Assembly (NCBI GenBank): GCA_002269645.1
Contig: NIVC01000667.1
Location: 248,001-312,000 of the forward strand
Direction of reading: 5' to 3'
DNA from: Macrostomum lignano
Lineage: Eukaryota
DNA: 64,000 nt
The translations under genes were made by a program, and so were the position numbers. The first letter of the stretch is position 1; each line of letters begins with the position of its first letter. The notes below the pieces were generated by a model. It saw nothing but the letters and a program-made list of their open reading frames with translations, did not search any database and was not told the origin of the DNA. Positions 38,023-50,764 of this stretch are shown one piece after another.

Positions 38023-40083
38023 CTTTCCAAGCACTTAAGCTGATGCTTTTGCTAAGAGCCGAAACAACCAGCCAGCTTAATGGGGTGGTATAACCATGCT
38101 AGGCTCTGGAGACTTGAGACAATTTTTTAGATCAAGGCTTTTGATGTCCTATTATAGAGGATTCCAGCTCATGGCTGCAGGTCAGATGAGACAGAGAGAG
38201 AAAATGAAAGAGAATAGAGGGAGAAAAGAGGAGATAAGAAATAAGACAAGAGAGAAGCAAGAGGAGAGGGGGAGACTAGAGAGATTAGAGAGGAGAGAAA
38301 CAGAACAGAGTCCAGACAAAGAGAAAATAGGAGAAGTAAAGATTTACATTTTTCTTGAGCTTCTCAAAGTTCTTTTTCATCGGTACAAAACTAGGTTTAT
38401 CAAATAGTATGAAGACCCACGTCTAAAAAGAAGCCCGCTCATTCACTGGTGGCAAAAAGACGTGTGTGTCTTCATACTACTTGTATAATGCAGTTCTTGG
38501 GCTGCAAGTAAGCTCTGATGGCCTCTTGTATTGCGTTTGTGTCTCAATAGCTTTTGGAGCAAGCAGAGCTATGAGCTTCTCTAGTATTGGCAAGCCAAAA
38601 ATGGCAATGAAATTATCCACAATCTGTTTTCTATCTTCATTATCTTGCCATTGTTTTGCTTAGGCAAGGGAATAAAATGCTGTCAGCCAAGTCTGTATGA
38701 TCTGGTTCAATTAGATTTTAACATTTGAAATATTGTAATGCCATTACGAGCGTATTTTTGTAACTGTAGGATATACTGGTTGTATAGAAAACTTAACTCA
38801 TATTTTATTCACAAATGGCTAATCATTGTAGCCATGCAAAAGTTTTTTATTTGAAACTAAGGAGAGATTAGTATTATAGCAAGTGGACTTTAACAATATA
38901 GAAATTAATAGAAATAGAAATTAAGTAGTTAAGCTACTTTGAATGATAATACTTTTTAGTTTTGTTTAAAGTAACATTGATAAATGAGTGTTAATATTTT
39001 TAATAGCCAATCCTATATAATATTTTGTTATACTTATAGGCCTAACTTTTTGTATTTGTAAATTTGTATTTTTAATATGAATTTGATTAAATTGACAAAA
39101 AATTATCTAAATTGAGTTATATATATATATATTTCCCAAGATATGAAAGAGGTGTTAGTTGTATTGTTGACAAGTCATTTTAGTAACAGTTGGCTATTTG
39201 AATGACAAATATTCATTTTGGTGATAAGTTAGTTAGGCCCTAATTCAGTGACAAACACACTTCACATTTTGGTAACACAAACATAAAGGCAAAAAGAATA
39301 AGATTGAGAAAGCAATAAGGTTGGGATAAGTTACAATAATTTCAATAAATATGAAAGATTGCAATTCTATAAAGTAAAATAAACAAAATTAAATAAATCA
39401 TTACTTTACCATTTTATTTTAGCAAACATCTTAAATTTAAGGTTTATTTAACTTAGGATTGGCAAGATAACTTTATGCTTGAAACTGCTGTAAAATAGTC
39501 TGTAACCAAAAGGGTCTTCTTGTCATCAAAACAACTGTCACAAAATGACTATAATCCTATAAAAAAGGCCTATTCTTAGAATAAAACAAGATTTTTAGTT
39601 TATCACTAAATATATATATTAGTGTATATATACCATATAAGTATTTAATTTTAAAAGAAAGAACAATTCTTTGCAACTTTCCATTTTTTTATAAAGCTTC
39701 TTCTTGCTCTGGTACCAAATTGTCTGAAAACAAAAATATCTAACATAGAAAAACAAAAGACTGATATAAGTTTGAACTGCTTGCCTGAGTAGGCACACAC
39801 AAGTGTATTAAACTTCACTGTGCCTTGGGCATTGATTGTATCAGCAGACTCAAGGAAAGGTTGCTATTTAACTCCAAAATGAATTTTACTGCACTTGGAA
39901 TCTAGCCTGGGCCACTGGCACATCAGAGCGGCATGCTCGTCCACTGGGCTACAACCCTCATGTGTCATTAATAGCTGACTACTGATTGCTTTGTTTTGAA
40001 CTGACCCTGTCTTATTTTGAAATGTTCCACTTTGTTTTGAACTGACCCTGTCTTTTTTGAAATGTTCCAGCTCAACAATCAGC

Positions 40084-40542
40084 ATGTCGCTAATCATCCC
40101 GGGAAACTTCAAGCACATCATCCGCATATCCAACACTAACATCGATGGCAAGGTGATGGCTCGGACAGCCTTCACTTCCATCAAGGGTGTGGGCAGGCGC
40201 TACTCTGACCTGGTGTGCAAGCGCGCCGGGATCTCGCGCGACAGACGCGCCGGCCAGCTGTCCGACGACGAGATCGAGCAGGCGGTGACCATCATCATGA
40301 ACCCGCAGCAGTTCAAGATCCCCCACTGGGTGCTGAACCGGCAGAAGGACATCAAGGATATGAAGCACCGGCATGTCATCAGCAACCAGCTGGACACTAA
40401 ACTGCGCGAGGATCTGGAACGGCTCAAGCGGGTGCGCGCCCACCGCGGCCTGCGTCACTACTGGACCCTGCGCGTGCGCGGTCAGCACACCAAGACCACC
40501 GGCCGCCGCGGTCGCACCGTCGGAGTGTCCAAGAAGAAGTAA
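40084..40542 (+). CDS. RPS18: 40S ribosomal protein S18 (uS13), divergent intronless paralogue, 152 aa
   Basis: [22 protein letters not shown]...[46 protein letters not shown]; intact single-exon ORF; acceptor-like ttccAG at 40069-40070; AATAAA near 40656. Confidence 0.95.
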   Translation: MSLIIPGNFKHIIRISNTNIDGKVMARTAFTSIKGVGRRYSDLVCKRAGISRDRRAGQLSDDEIEQAVTIIMNPQQFKIPHWVLNRQKDIKDMKHRHVISNQLDTKLREDLERLKRVRAHRGLRHYWTLRVRGQHTKTTGRRGRTVGVSKKK

Positions 40543-40802
40543 GAAGAAATGACAAACAACTATTCATCTCCTTGAGCTGTTCTGAATTTCTAAGCAAACT
40601 AAGCAGACTGTGGAGTGTTTCTGCCTGTCCAGGAATTGTGGGTGGAAATTTTTAAATAAATTTCGGCCATGGTCTCTGACTAACGATCCGGTAACGCTTT
40701 GATCAACTGGCAAACAATTTTTGGAAGCAAGAAAATTATCATTATTGATGTTGTGTTTTGCAATATGACTTCTTCTTTCTTGTTAAACTCAAATCTTTAA
40801 CA

Positions 40803-41687
40803 TCTTCCCTGACACCTCACTGTCTTCCCTGACACCCCACTGTCTTCCCTGACACCTCACTGTCTTCCCTGACACCTCACTGTCTTCCCTGACACCCCAC
40901 TGTCTTTACTGACACCCCACTGTCTTTACTGACACCCCACTGTCTTCCCTGACACCCCACTGTCTTCCCTGACACCCCACTGTCTTCCCTGACACCCCAC
41001 TGTCTTCCCTGACACCTCACTGTCTTCCCTGACACCCCACTGTCTTTACTGACACCCCACTGTCTTCCCTGACACCCCACTGTCTTCCCTGACACCCCAC
41101 TGTCTTCCCTGACACCCCACTGTCTTCCCTGACACCTCACTGTCTTCCCTGACACCCCACTGTCTTCCCTGACACCTCACTGTCTTCCCTGACACCTCAC
41201 TGTCTTCCCTGACACCCCACTGTCTTTACTGACACCCCACTGTCTTTACTGACACCCCACTGTCTTCCCTGACACCCCACTGTCTTCCCTGACACCCCAC
41301 TGTCTTCCCTGACACCCCACTGTCTTCCCTGACACCCCACTGTCTTCCCTGACACCTCACTGTCTTCCCTGACACCCCACTGTCTTTACTGACACCCCAC
41401 TGTCTTCCCTGACACCCCACTGTCTTCCCTGACACCCCACTGTCTTCCCTGACACTTCACTTTTCCCTGACACCTGACTGTCTTCCCTGACACCCCATTA
41501 TCTTCTCTGACACTTCACTTTTTTCCCTGACACCTGACTATATTCCCTGACACCCCATTATCTTCCCTGACACTTCACTTTTTCCCTGACACCTGACTAT
41601 CTTCCCTGACACCCCATTATCTTCCCTGACACCTCACTTTTTCACTGACACTTCACTGTCTTACTTGACACCCTTTCAACACCCTGT
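40803..41687. repeat. 20-bp minisatellite (ctgacaccccactgtcttcc)
   Basis: Homogeneous to about 41455, degenerate afterwards. Confidence 0.95.
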
Positions 41688-42186
41688 CAAGTGAAGTCAC
41701 TATCTTGAAATGCTGCTATAAGTAGTCTGTATGGTGTATGGACGGAAAGATCCAAGCTAATAAAATTGAGTAAAGGCTTTACTGTTTCGAATGCGAAATT
41801 AATCAAGCTCGTAATCAACAGAACAGCCTGAGTGCACAGTGGTCTGCAGGAATAATAAGCAATTGTATATTGATTCGTCCAGTACAGGCATCCATCACAG
41901 CCGAACTCTGAACCTCCATTGGGCAGCAGCATGGCCTACATGTAGCAATTCTTTTAGTGTGTTTATTTAGCTAATTCAGTAAAAGCGTGAGCTTCATCTT
42001 AGAATTGAGTGTAGTGTAATAACTGGGTATTTTTACAATTTCTACAATTCCTTTCCTGCTACGAGCTACTTTTCAACAATGCAGCCACTATCATTCGGCT
42101 CACTGAAGCTTGATTAATTATGTTGTTGGGGCAAGATTAAATGATGGATCTACTTGCTTCTACATGTAGGTTGTCATCTAAAGCGA

Positions 42187-43156
42187 TTCTCAGTTGCTGG
42201 GCCACCAGCCTCCCAGATCCTCAGTTGCTGGGCCACCAGCCTCCCAGATCCTCAGTTGCTGGGCCACCAGCCTCCCAGATCCTCAGTTGCTGGGCCAACC
42301 AGCCTCCCAGATCCTCAGTTGCTGGGCCACCAGCCTCCCAGATCCTCAGTTGCTGGGCCACCAGCCTCCCAGATCCTCAGTTGCTGGGCCAACCAGCCTC
42401 CCAGATCCTCAGTTGCTGGGCCACCAGCCTCCCAGATCCTCAGTTGCTGGGCCACCAGCCTCCCAGATCCTCAGTTGCTGGGCCAACCAGCCTCCCAGAT
42501 CCTCAGTTGCTGGGCCACCAGCCTCCCAGATCCTCAGTTGCTGGACCAGCCTCCCAGATCCTCAGTTGCTGGGCCACCAGCCTCCCAGATCCTCAGTTGC
42601 TGGGCCAACCAGCCTCCCAAATCCTCAGTTGCTGGGCCAGCCTCCCAAATCCTCAGTTGCTGGGCCAACCAGCCTCCCAAATCCTCAGTTGCTGGGCCAG
42701 CCTCCCAAATCCTCAGTTGCTGGGCTAGTCTCCCAGATTCTCAGTTGCTGGGCCAACCAGCCTCCCAGATCCTCAGTTGCTGGGCCACCAGCCTCCCAGA
42801 TCCTCAGTTGCTGGACCAGCCTCCCAAATCCTCAGTTGCTGGGCCAACCAGCCTCCCAAATCCTCAGTTGCTGGGCCAGCCTCCCAAATCCTCAGTTGCT
42901 GGGCTAGTCTCCCAGATTCTCAATTGCTGGGCCACCAGCCTCCCAGGATCCTCAGTTGCTGGGCCAGCCTTCAGATCCTCAGTTGCTGGGCCAGTCTACC
43001 AGATCCTCAGTTGCTGGGCCAGCCTCCCAGATCCTCAGTTGCTGGGGCTACCAGCCTCCCCGATTCTCAATTGCTGGGCCAGCCTCCCAGATCCTCAGTT
43101 GCTGGGCCAGCCTCCCAGATCCTCAGTTGCTGGGCCAGCCTCCCAGATCCTCAGTT
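42187..43156. repeat. ~27-31-bp minisatellite (cctcccagatcctcagttgctgggcca[cc]ag)
   Basis: Tandem copies with length variants. Confidence 0.95.
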
Positions 43157-43853
43157 TCTGTGCCACCACCTCTGATGCAATAGATGCGATGAAATGTGCA
43201 CCTCATGCACTGCTCGTAATATCGAATAATTTAAGCACTTGCAAAGGCGAAAGCATCCACTTTTTAGTACATTTACCTAAATTTATCGACTATAGAAGTC
43301 GTCACATTATTGTGTATAAATACTTGTAAAGCTCTGCAAATAGAGGCATGTAGTCTTCTTTTTTAGCGTTGGTTTCCAGACATTTACATGTTTAGCTACA
43401 GGTTTACATTGCAGCTACGATCGTGTTACAGTAGATTTGCGCAGAACAGCGTGTTGTGTATACAGTACTGTAGCTGCTATCCAGGGACATCAGACCGATC
43501 TTTTTACTGGCCCTGCTACGCAAATGATGCGGTGCGTTTCAATTGTAGCTGCCGTTATGGTTCCCACAATCAGAATTAAATGGGAAATGCCCAGATAGTA
43601 CAGAAAGAATGCGCTTTCTCTGTCACAGGACATTTAATACCAGCTAGAGCGCTTCTTTGCGATAAAATTTGTCACAAATTCGCCTAATTTATTTTCTAAT
43701 TTACTGAATTTATTGTCTAATTCAACTTACTAAGCAGGGCGTCGCCATGGATTTTATGTTGGGGGGGACAAAACCAAGATCTCAACATGTGCATGACTAA
43801 ATTACAACATTTCCTTTATTTTGAGAATCCTGTTGTCAGGGCCTGTGTATTGG

Positions 43854-44369
43854 CTCATTTTGGCGCCGAAGGCACTCATTTTGGCGCCGAAGGCACTCAT
43901 TTTGGCGCCGCAGGTACTCATTTTGGCGCCGCAGGTACTCATTTTAGCGCCACAGGCACTCATTTTAGCGCCGCAGGCACTCCTTTTGGCGCCGAAGGCA
44001 CGATCATTTTAGCGCCGCAGGCACTCATTCTGGCGCCGAAGGCACTCATTTTAGCGCCGAAGGCACTCATTTTGGCGCCGAAGGCACTCATTCTGGCGCC
44101 GAAGCACTCATTTTAGCGCCGAAGGCACTCATTTTAGCGCCACAGGCACTCATTCTGGCGCCGCAGGCACTCATTTTGGCGCCGAAGGCACTCATTTTAG
44201 CGCCACAGGCACTCAATTCTAGCGCCACAGGCACTCATTCTGGCGCCGCAGGCACTCATTTTAGCGCCGCAGGCACTCCTTTTGGCGCCGAAGGCACGAT
44301 CATTTTAGCGCCGCAGGCACTCATTTTAGCGCCGCAGGCACTCATTTTGGCGCCGAAGGCACTCATTTT
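43854..44369. repeat. 21-bp minisatellite (ggcactcattttggcgccgaa/gca) following a CAGGG-starting hAT-like end at 43735
   Basis: Tandem array seen directly. CAGGGCGTCGCCATGG at 43735 resembles a hAT terminus, but no partner TIR was found. Confidence 0.85.
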
Positions 44370-45205
44370 GTGGTAATCAGAAATTTTTGATTACCACAAA
44401 GCGGTCTAATTCGCCAAATTATTTTCTAATTCACCTGATTCGCTGTCTGATTTGCCTAATTTATTGTCTAATTTACTGTCTAATTCCGCCTAATCTATAG
44501 ATGATTCCCCAGCATACACACTGAAAGACCCCTAGATTGCCGCCTTATGATTTCAGTTTTTCACCAGGCTATACCTTTCATGGCCCTTAGTCAGAAGCTG
44601 GCCCCATTGAAATCTGGATCCCTGCCCTAGCTGTCATAATTTACAGTCACCTCCTTTTCTCCAATACGCGGTGCAACTGCCAACCCGTGCCTCAGTTCCT
44701 GACCCTTATCTATAACTTTGCCGATCTGCATTCGAAGTTAGGGGGGTTTTGGGTCGAGCATTGAGTGTGCAAAGTGGCCCGGGATAGGGAATCTTACCCG
44801 GTGTATAAGACCTTATCTGCAAATCGACAGCAGCATTGTACAGTCAATATATTGCACATTCGTGCTGTATTTTAGCTGCTGTGAACCCCCCCCCCCCTAT
44901 CTTCTTCTGCAAATGCCTGGATTTTTCACGAGCAAAAGACGGAAAGTCAGCTGCCTGCGCCAGTTGTGTGAAGCTCTTGGCTCCCTTTGCTTATCGATAA
45001 GGCTCTTCCATGATCATTTAATGCCTTTTTTGCTTCTATTTTTGGTTCCAGTGGTTTAGTTCAGATTTCGGAATAGGTTCCAGTGTCTTATGCGTGTGGA
45101 CAAATTATAAATTATTTCTATGAAAGAAAGAACTTTTGCAGTTTTTAAGGTTTTTAAGATTTGAAGAATATTTATAGGTATATAGGATACAATAATTATA
45201 GGTAC

Positions 45206-46126
45206 ACTCAGAGAGATTCTGTTAGACTCAGAGATATTCTGTTAGATTCAGAGAGATTCTGTTAGACTCAGAGATATTCTGTTAGACTCAGAGAGATTCT
45301 GTTAGACTCAGAGATATTCTGTTAGACTCAGAGATATTCTGTTAGACTCAGAGATATTCTGTTAGACTCAGAGAGATGCTGTTAGACTCAGAGAGATTCT
45401 GTTAGACTCAGAGATATTCTGTTAGACTCAGAGATATTCTGTTAGATTCAGAGAGATTCTGTTAGACTCAGAGAGATGCTGTTAGACTCACAGAGATTCT
45501 GTTAGACTCAGAGAGATTCTGTTAGACTCAGAGAGATTCTGTTAGACTCAGAGAGATTCTGTTAGACTCAGAGAGATGCTGTTAGACTCACAGAGATTCT
45601 GTTAGACTCAGAGAGATTCTGTTAGACTCAGAGAGATTCTGTTAGATTCACAGAGATTCTGTTAGACTCAGAGATATTCTGTTAGACTCAGAGAGATTCT
45701 GTTAGACTCAGAGAGATTCTATTAGACTCAGAGTGATTCTGTTAGACTCAGAGATATTCTGTTAGACTCAGAGATATTCTGTTAGACTCAGAGAGATTCT
45801 GTTAGATTCACAGAGATTCTGTTAGACTCAGAGATATTCTGTTAGACTCAGAGAGATTCTGTTAGACTCAGAGAGATTCTATTAGACTCAGAGTGATTCT
45901 GTTAGACTCAGAGATATTCTGTTAGACTCAGAGATATTCTGTTAGACTCAGAGAGATTCTGTTAGACTCAGAGAGATTCTTTTAGACTCAGAGAGATTCT
46001 GTTAGACTCAGAGAGATTCTGTTAGACTCAGAGAGATTCTGTTAGACTCAGAGAGATTCTGTTAGACTCAGAGAGATTCTGTTAGACTCAGAGAGATTCT
46101 GTTAGACTCAGACTCTGTTAGACTCA
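45206..46126. repeat. 20-bp minisatellite (gttagactcagagagattct)
   Basis: About 46 tandem copies. Confidence 0.97.
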
Positions 46127-46492
46127 TGCTGCGTTCATGGGCCCATGGTTTGAGTTGCTCTAAGATTTCAAGTAGAAATCATAAAAGAATTAAATGTACA
46201 CATTAATTTCTTTCACCAGTCCCGTACAACACAATCGATCTAAGAGAATACGTACAAATTCAATTCATTTTTCACCCACCACCCCAAGAAGTTCTGCTAA
46301 ACCAAATTTATGGGCTTCTTTAAAAGTGAGTGAGAACAATGTTCTGAGAGGTCTGGTACCTATTATGAGTAACAATCGATGTGTGCAATGCTGTAAAGGC
46401 TATAAAGGCTTGTACACACATTCTTGGCTTCTCATTGGCTCGTGGAGGAATGGCCGAAACCCCACATATTTCGATCGCTGCTTTCTGTGACT

Positions 46493-46499
46493 TATAAAG
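46493..46499 (+). promoter_or_regulatory. Candidate TATA box of the carbonic anhydrase gene
   Basis: TATAAAG about 70 nt upstream of the ATG, with a reverse CCAAT (ATTGG) near 46434. Motif match only. Confidence 0.35.
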
Positions 46500-46562
46500 A
46501 AACGCAGCGTGGCCGCACAGGTCACGCCCAGGCCTGCAACTGATCGACAGCAACAGCAAGCG

Positions 46563-48604
46563 ATGCACCGCATTCTGCTTATCTTCGACCTGTCAGTCCC
46601 GGCCCTGCTGCTGCTTGTGGCCCTGCTTCTCGGGACCAGACCCGTGGTTCACGGATCCAATATCGAGCACGGCACCTGGGACTATGAGTCCAGGGGTCCC
46701 AGCACCTGGGCGAAGTCATTCCCGCAGTATTGCTCTGGCAGGAAGCAGAGTCCAATAAATCTCAGCTTGGCAGACTCGCTGGTAGACCCGAAACTGTCCG
46801 AGTACAGCATTAGGGAGACTGAGAATGCTCAGTTCACTGTGAGTTCCCGGCTGCGGCTGACTGATCTGTCTCTGCCTTCCTTCTCATTCTCCCCCTCCCT
46901 CTCCCTCTCCTGTCTCCTTCTTCCTCTCTCCCTCTCCTGTCTCCCTCTCTCTCTCCCTCTCCCTTTCCTTCTCTCTCTCCCCCTCCCTTTCCTTCTCTCT
47001 CTCCCTCTCCCTCTCCCTTTTCTTCTCCCTCTCCCTCTCCTGTCTCCCTCTCTCCCTCTCCCTCTCCTGCCTCCTTCTTCCTCTCTCCCTCTCCCTTTCC
47101 TTCTCACACTCCCTCTCCTCTCTCTCCTCCCTCTACTGCCTCCTTCTCCCTCTCCCCCTCCCTCTCCCTTTCCTTCTTCTCCCTCTCCTGTCTCCCTCTC
47201 TCTCTATCCCTCTCCCTCTCCCTTTCCTTCTCCCTCTCTCTCCCTCCGTCCCCTCTGCCTCTCATTTTCCGTGCATTTCACAGTGTCACCCAGAATGAAT
47301 TGGCTCTGTCTAACACAGCGCCTCACCTCCTGAACCCAAACACCCAATCAGCTGACTCTGTCAAACGACGGCCACAAGCTGCTGGTCAGCATGGGCTCCG
47401 ACCTGGTGATCAAAATTGGCCAAGGCGACAAGATGTACTACACTGCCAGCCAGCTTCACTGGCACTGGGGCGCCGACAACAGCCGAGGCTCCGAGCACAC
47501 GATGGAGGGTCGAGCCTACCCCCTGGAGGGCCATCTGGTGTTTTACAACAGCTACGATTATGCCAATTTCAGCGTTGCAGTGCACAGAGTTGGCGGCCTC
47601 GCTGTGCTGGGTGTTTTCTACGAATTGTCCGACACTGATAACCCCCTGCTGCTGCGGCTGGAGCCCTACCTGCCTCAGCTGGTCAATTTCAGTGAGTCTG
47701 CCACCTCTGCTTATTTGATCCTAATTGGACATGACAATTATTTGAATCTCATCTCATCTGGTCTCATTTTAGCTAGTCTTACCCCATCCAATCTAATCCC
47801 ATCTGTAATCTCATCCTATCTAATCTCACCACATCTAATCCTAGTCTCATCAAATCTCACCCCATCCAATTTCACCGCATCCTATATCACCCCATCAAAC
47901 CTTACCTTATCCAATCTCACCCCCTCGATGCAATCTCACCCCATCTAATTTTACCCATCAAATCTCACCCCATCAAATCTCACCCCATCAAATCTCACCC
48001 CATCAAATCTCACCCCATCAAATCTCACCCCATCAAATCTCACCCCATCAAATCTCACCCCATCAAATCTCACCCCATCAAATCCAACCCCATCAAATCT
48101 CACCCCATCAAATCCAACCCCATCAAATCTCACCCCATCAAATCGATCCCAACCGCAGAGACATCCGTGGACGTGAAGTTCAACTCCTCCGATTTCAACT
48201 TTGTTGACGCCTTCCTGCCGAAGTACCGGCGCTATTTCTATCGCTACGAAGGCGGCCTGACCACGCCGACCTGCAACGAGAACGTGCTGTGGACCGTCTT
48301 CCGCTCGGCGTCACAGGTGAGCGCCCGCCAGCTCAAGCTGCTCCGCTCGCTGCGCTACCCGAGCGGCAAGGCCATGGTGGACAATTACCGGCCGCCGCAG
48401 CCGCTGAACTCGCCGCACAGGCCCGGCGCGAATCGACTGGTCTATCGGACTTTCGACCGGCGCGGCCGAGCTTCCGGAGACTCCGGCTTTCTCGTCGACG
48501 TCCCCGGCGACACCTGCGGCGCTTTGGGCAGCGCCGGCGGCGCCTCCGCCGTTGCGCTGCTGCTGCCCGCCGCCGTCTTGTCGGGCTGGCGAGCAATTTA
48601 TTGA
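46563..48604 (+). CDS. Secreted, probably GPI-anchored alpha-carbonic anhydrase (CA4-like), 3 exons, 353 aa
   Basis: Exons 46563-46838, 47352-47691 and 48159-48604 (1062 nt, GT-AG, phases 0 and 1). Signal peptide; QSPIN; NDGH (His64 equivalent); QLHWHWG and EGH zinc ligands; GGLTTPTC; Cys pair; hydrophobic C-terminal tail. Confidence 0.93.
46868..47275. repeat. CT-rich low-complexity tract in carbonic anhydrase intron 1
   Basis: Almost pure pyrimidine run. Confidence 0.9.
47740..48143. repeat. 15-bp minisatellite (ccccatcaaatctca) in carbonic anhydrase intron 2
   Basis: Degenerate at the 5' end, homogeneous from about 47950, ending ~15 nt before the acceptor. Confidence 0.92.
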
Positions 48605-49184
48605 TTTTTCTCGCCGCTTTTAAAATAATCCGAAAATACGCTAATCAGGCTACTAACTTCTATTTAACTAGTAGTAAGAAAAACGTTTTATCGTTTTTAT
48701 CGTGTGAACAATTTTTTTAATTGGCTTTATTGATAGCAATTTTTAGTTTACGATTTTTGCTAGCAATTCATAAACATTTCTTTTACCAAATTTAATAATT
48801 TAAGCCAGGGTATCGCAGCTGAAGGATTAGCCACATTCTGACCAATAGTATGTTGCAATTTTTATATAGCTTCTGCCTCGATTTTCTTTATCATAATTAT
48901 GTTTGTACTACTCAATAAAAATATCCTGCTTCTTTAATTTATCCTTAAACTGAATAATATAGATATCCCGCTTTGAACTGATTAGTTCATTTTTATTTAT
49001 AATTTCGCTTTATCCTAAAAAAGTTTTAATTAAATATCAATTTATTTCGCGGACAAAAAATGAAAATAAACCAAATATTTGAATTTCAGCACATTTTTGC
49101 TTGATCGCAACTTGCAATGACGGTCGGGTGTTTTTATTTGCAATCTTTTTTATCAAGCCTTGACTTCTTGAAACAATAACCGTA

Positions 49185-49560
49185 TCTGTGACTTTTTATG
49201 AACCTTTGTGTGACTTTATGACCTTATGTGACATTTTAATGAACCTTTGTGACTTTATGACCCTATCTGTGACTATTATCCTATCTGTGACTCTGACCCT
49301 ATCAGTGGCACTATGACCCTATCTGGGACACTATGACCCTATCTGTGACTCTATGACGCTATATGTGGCTCTATGACCCTACCTGTGGCTCTATGACCCT
49401 ATCTGTGGCTCTATGACCCTATCTGTGGCTCTATGACCCTATCTGTGACTCTATGATCCTATCTGTGACTTTGTAACCATTGTGCATGACTTTATAAGGG
49501 TTTTACCCTTACATGTATGTGACAATTATGAGCCTATCTGTGACTGGCTTAACCTATGGC
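49185..49560. repeat. Degenerate 20-bp repeat (ctatgaccctatctgtggct)
   Basis: Tandem copies seen directly. Confidence 0.85.
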
Positions 49561-49754
49561 TCCTACATGTAATGCGTGACTCACTGATTATCTGTAACTC
49601 TGTGATCCCCTATTCTCTGTGACTGTATGACTGTTTAAATAAAAATTGTATTAGTATAATATTATTAGTATTACTACATGCATGTAGATTATATCAGATT
49701 AGTAGATCATGTCTGTCGTTGCACGAAAAAAGCGTAAATACATGTATCATCACC

Positions 49755-50660
49755 TAGCCCCATATCCCCAATCCCATTATCCTCAACCCCATATCCTCAA
49801 TCCCATATCCTCAACCCCATATCCTCAACCCCATATCCTCAACCCCATATCCTCAATCCCATTATCCTCAACCCCATATCCTCAATCCCATATCCTCAAC
49901 CCCATATCATCAATCCCATTATCCTCAACCCCATATCATCAATCCCATATCCTCAACCCCATATCCTCAATCCCATTATCCTCAACCCCATATCCTTAAT
50001 CCGATATCCTCTATCCCATATCCTCAATCCCATATCCTCAACCCCATATCCTCAATCCCATATCCTCAACCCCATATCCTCAATCCCATATCCTCAATCC
50101 CATATCCTCAACCCCATATCCTCAACCCCATATCCTCAATCCCATATCCTCAATCCCATTATCCTCAACCCCATATCCTCAATCCCATATCCTTAACCCC
50201 ATATCATCAATCCCATATCCTCAATCCCATTATCCTCAACCCCATATCCTCAATCCCATATCCTTAACCCCATATCATCAATCCCATATCCTCAACCCCA
50301 TATCCTCAATCCCATATCCTCAACCCCATATCCCCAATCCCACATCCTCAATCCCATATCCTCAACCCCATATCCCCAATCCCATATCCTCAATCCTATT
50401 ATCCTCAATCCCACATCCGCAATCCTATTATCCTCAATCCCACATCCGCAATCCTATTATTCCCAATCCCATATCCGCAATCCTATTATCCTCAATCCCA
50501 CATCCGCAATCCTATTATTCCCAATCCCACATCCGCAATCCTATTATTCCCAATCCCACATCCGCAATCCTATTATTCCCAATCCCACATCCGCAATCCT
50601 ATTATTCCCAATCCCACATCCGCAATCCTATTATTCTCAATCCCACATCCGCAATCCTAT
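49755..50660. repeat. 14-bp (atcctcaaccccat) array grading into a 23-bp (cccaatcccacatccgcaatcctattat-like) array
   Basis: Direct tandem repeats with a change of unit near 50400. Confidence 0.92.
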
Positions 50661-50764
50661 ACATTTACTTTCTGTAACCTCAAATCCTCAATACTAAGCG
50701 CTATCCTAGATCCATACCTTCATCCCTGACTCTTACATGTATATCTCATATCATCCCGGTGTGC

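Noticed and set aside
38035-38100. Hammerhead-like CTGATG...CGAAAC
   Set aside because: The core reads CTGATGC rather than CUGANGA, and stem III cannot form with a GUH cleavage triplet.
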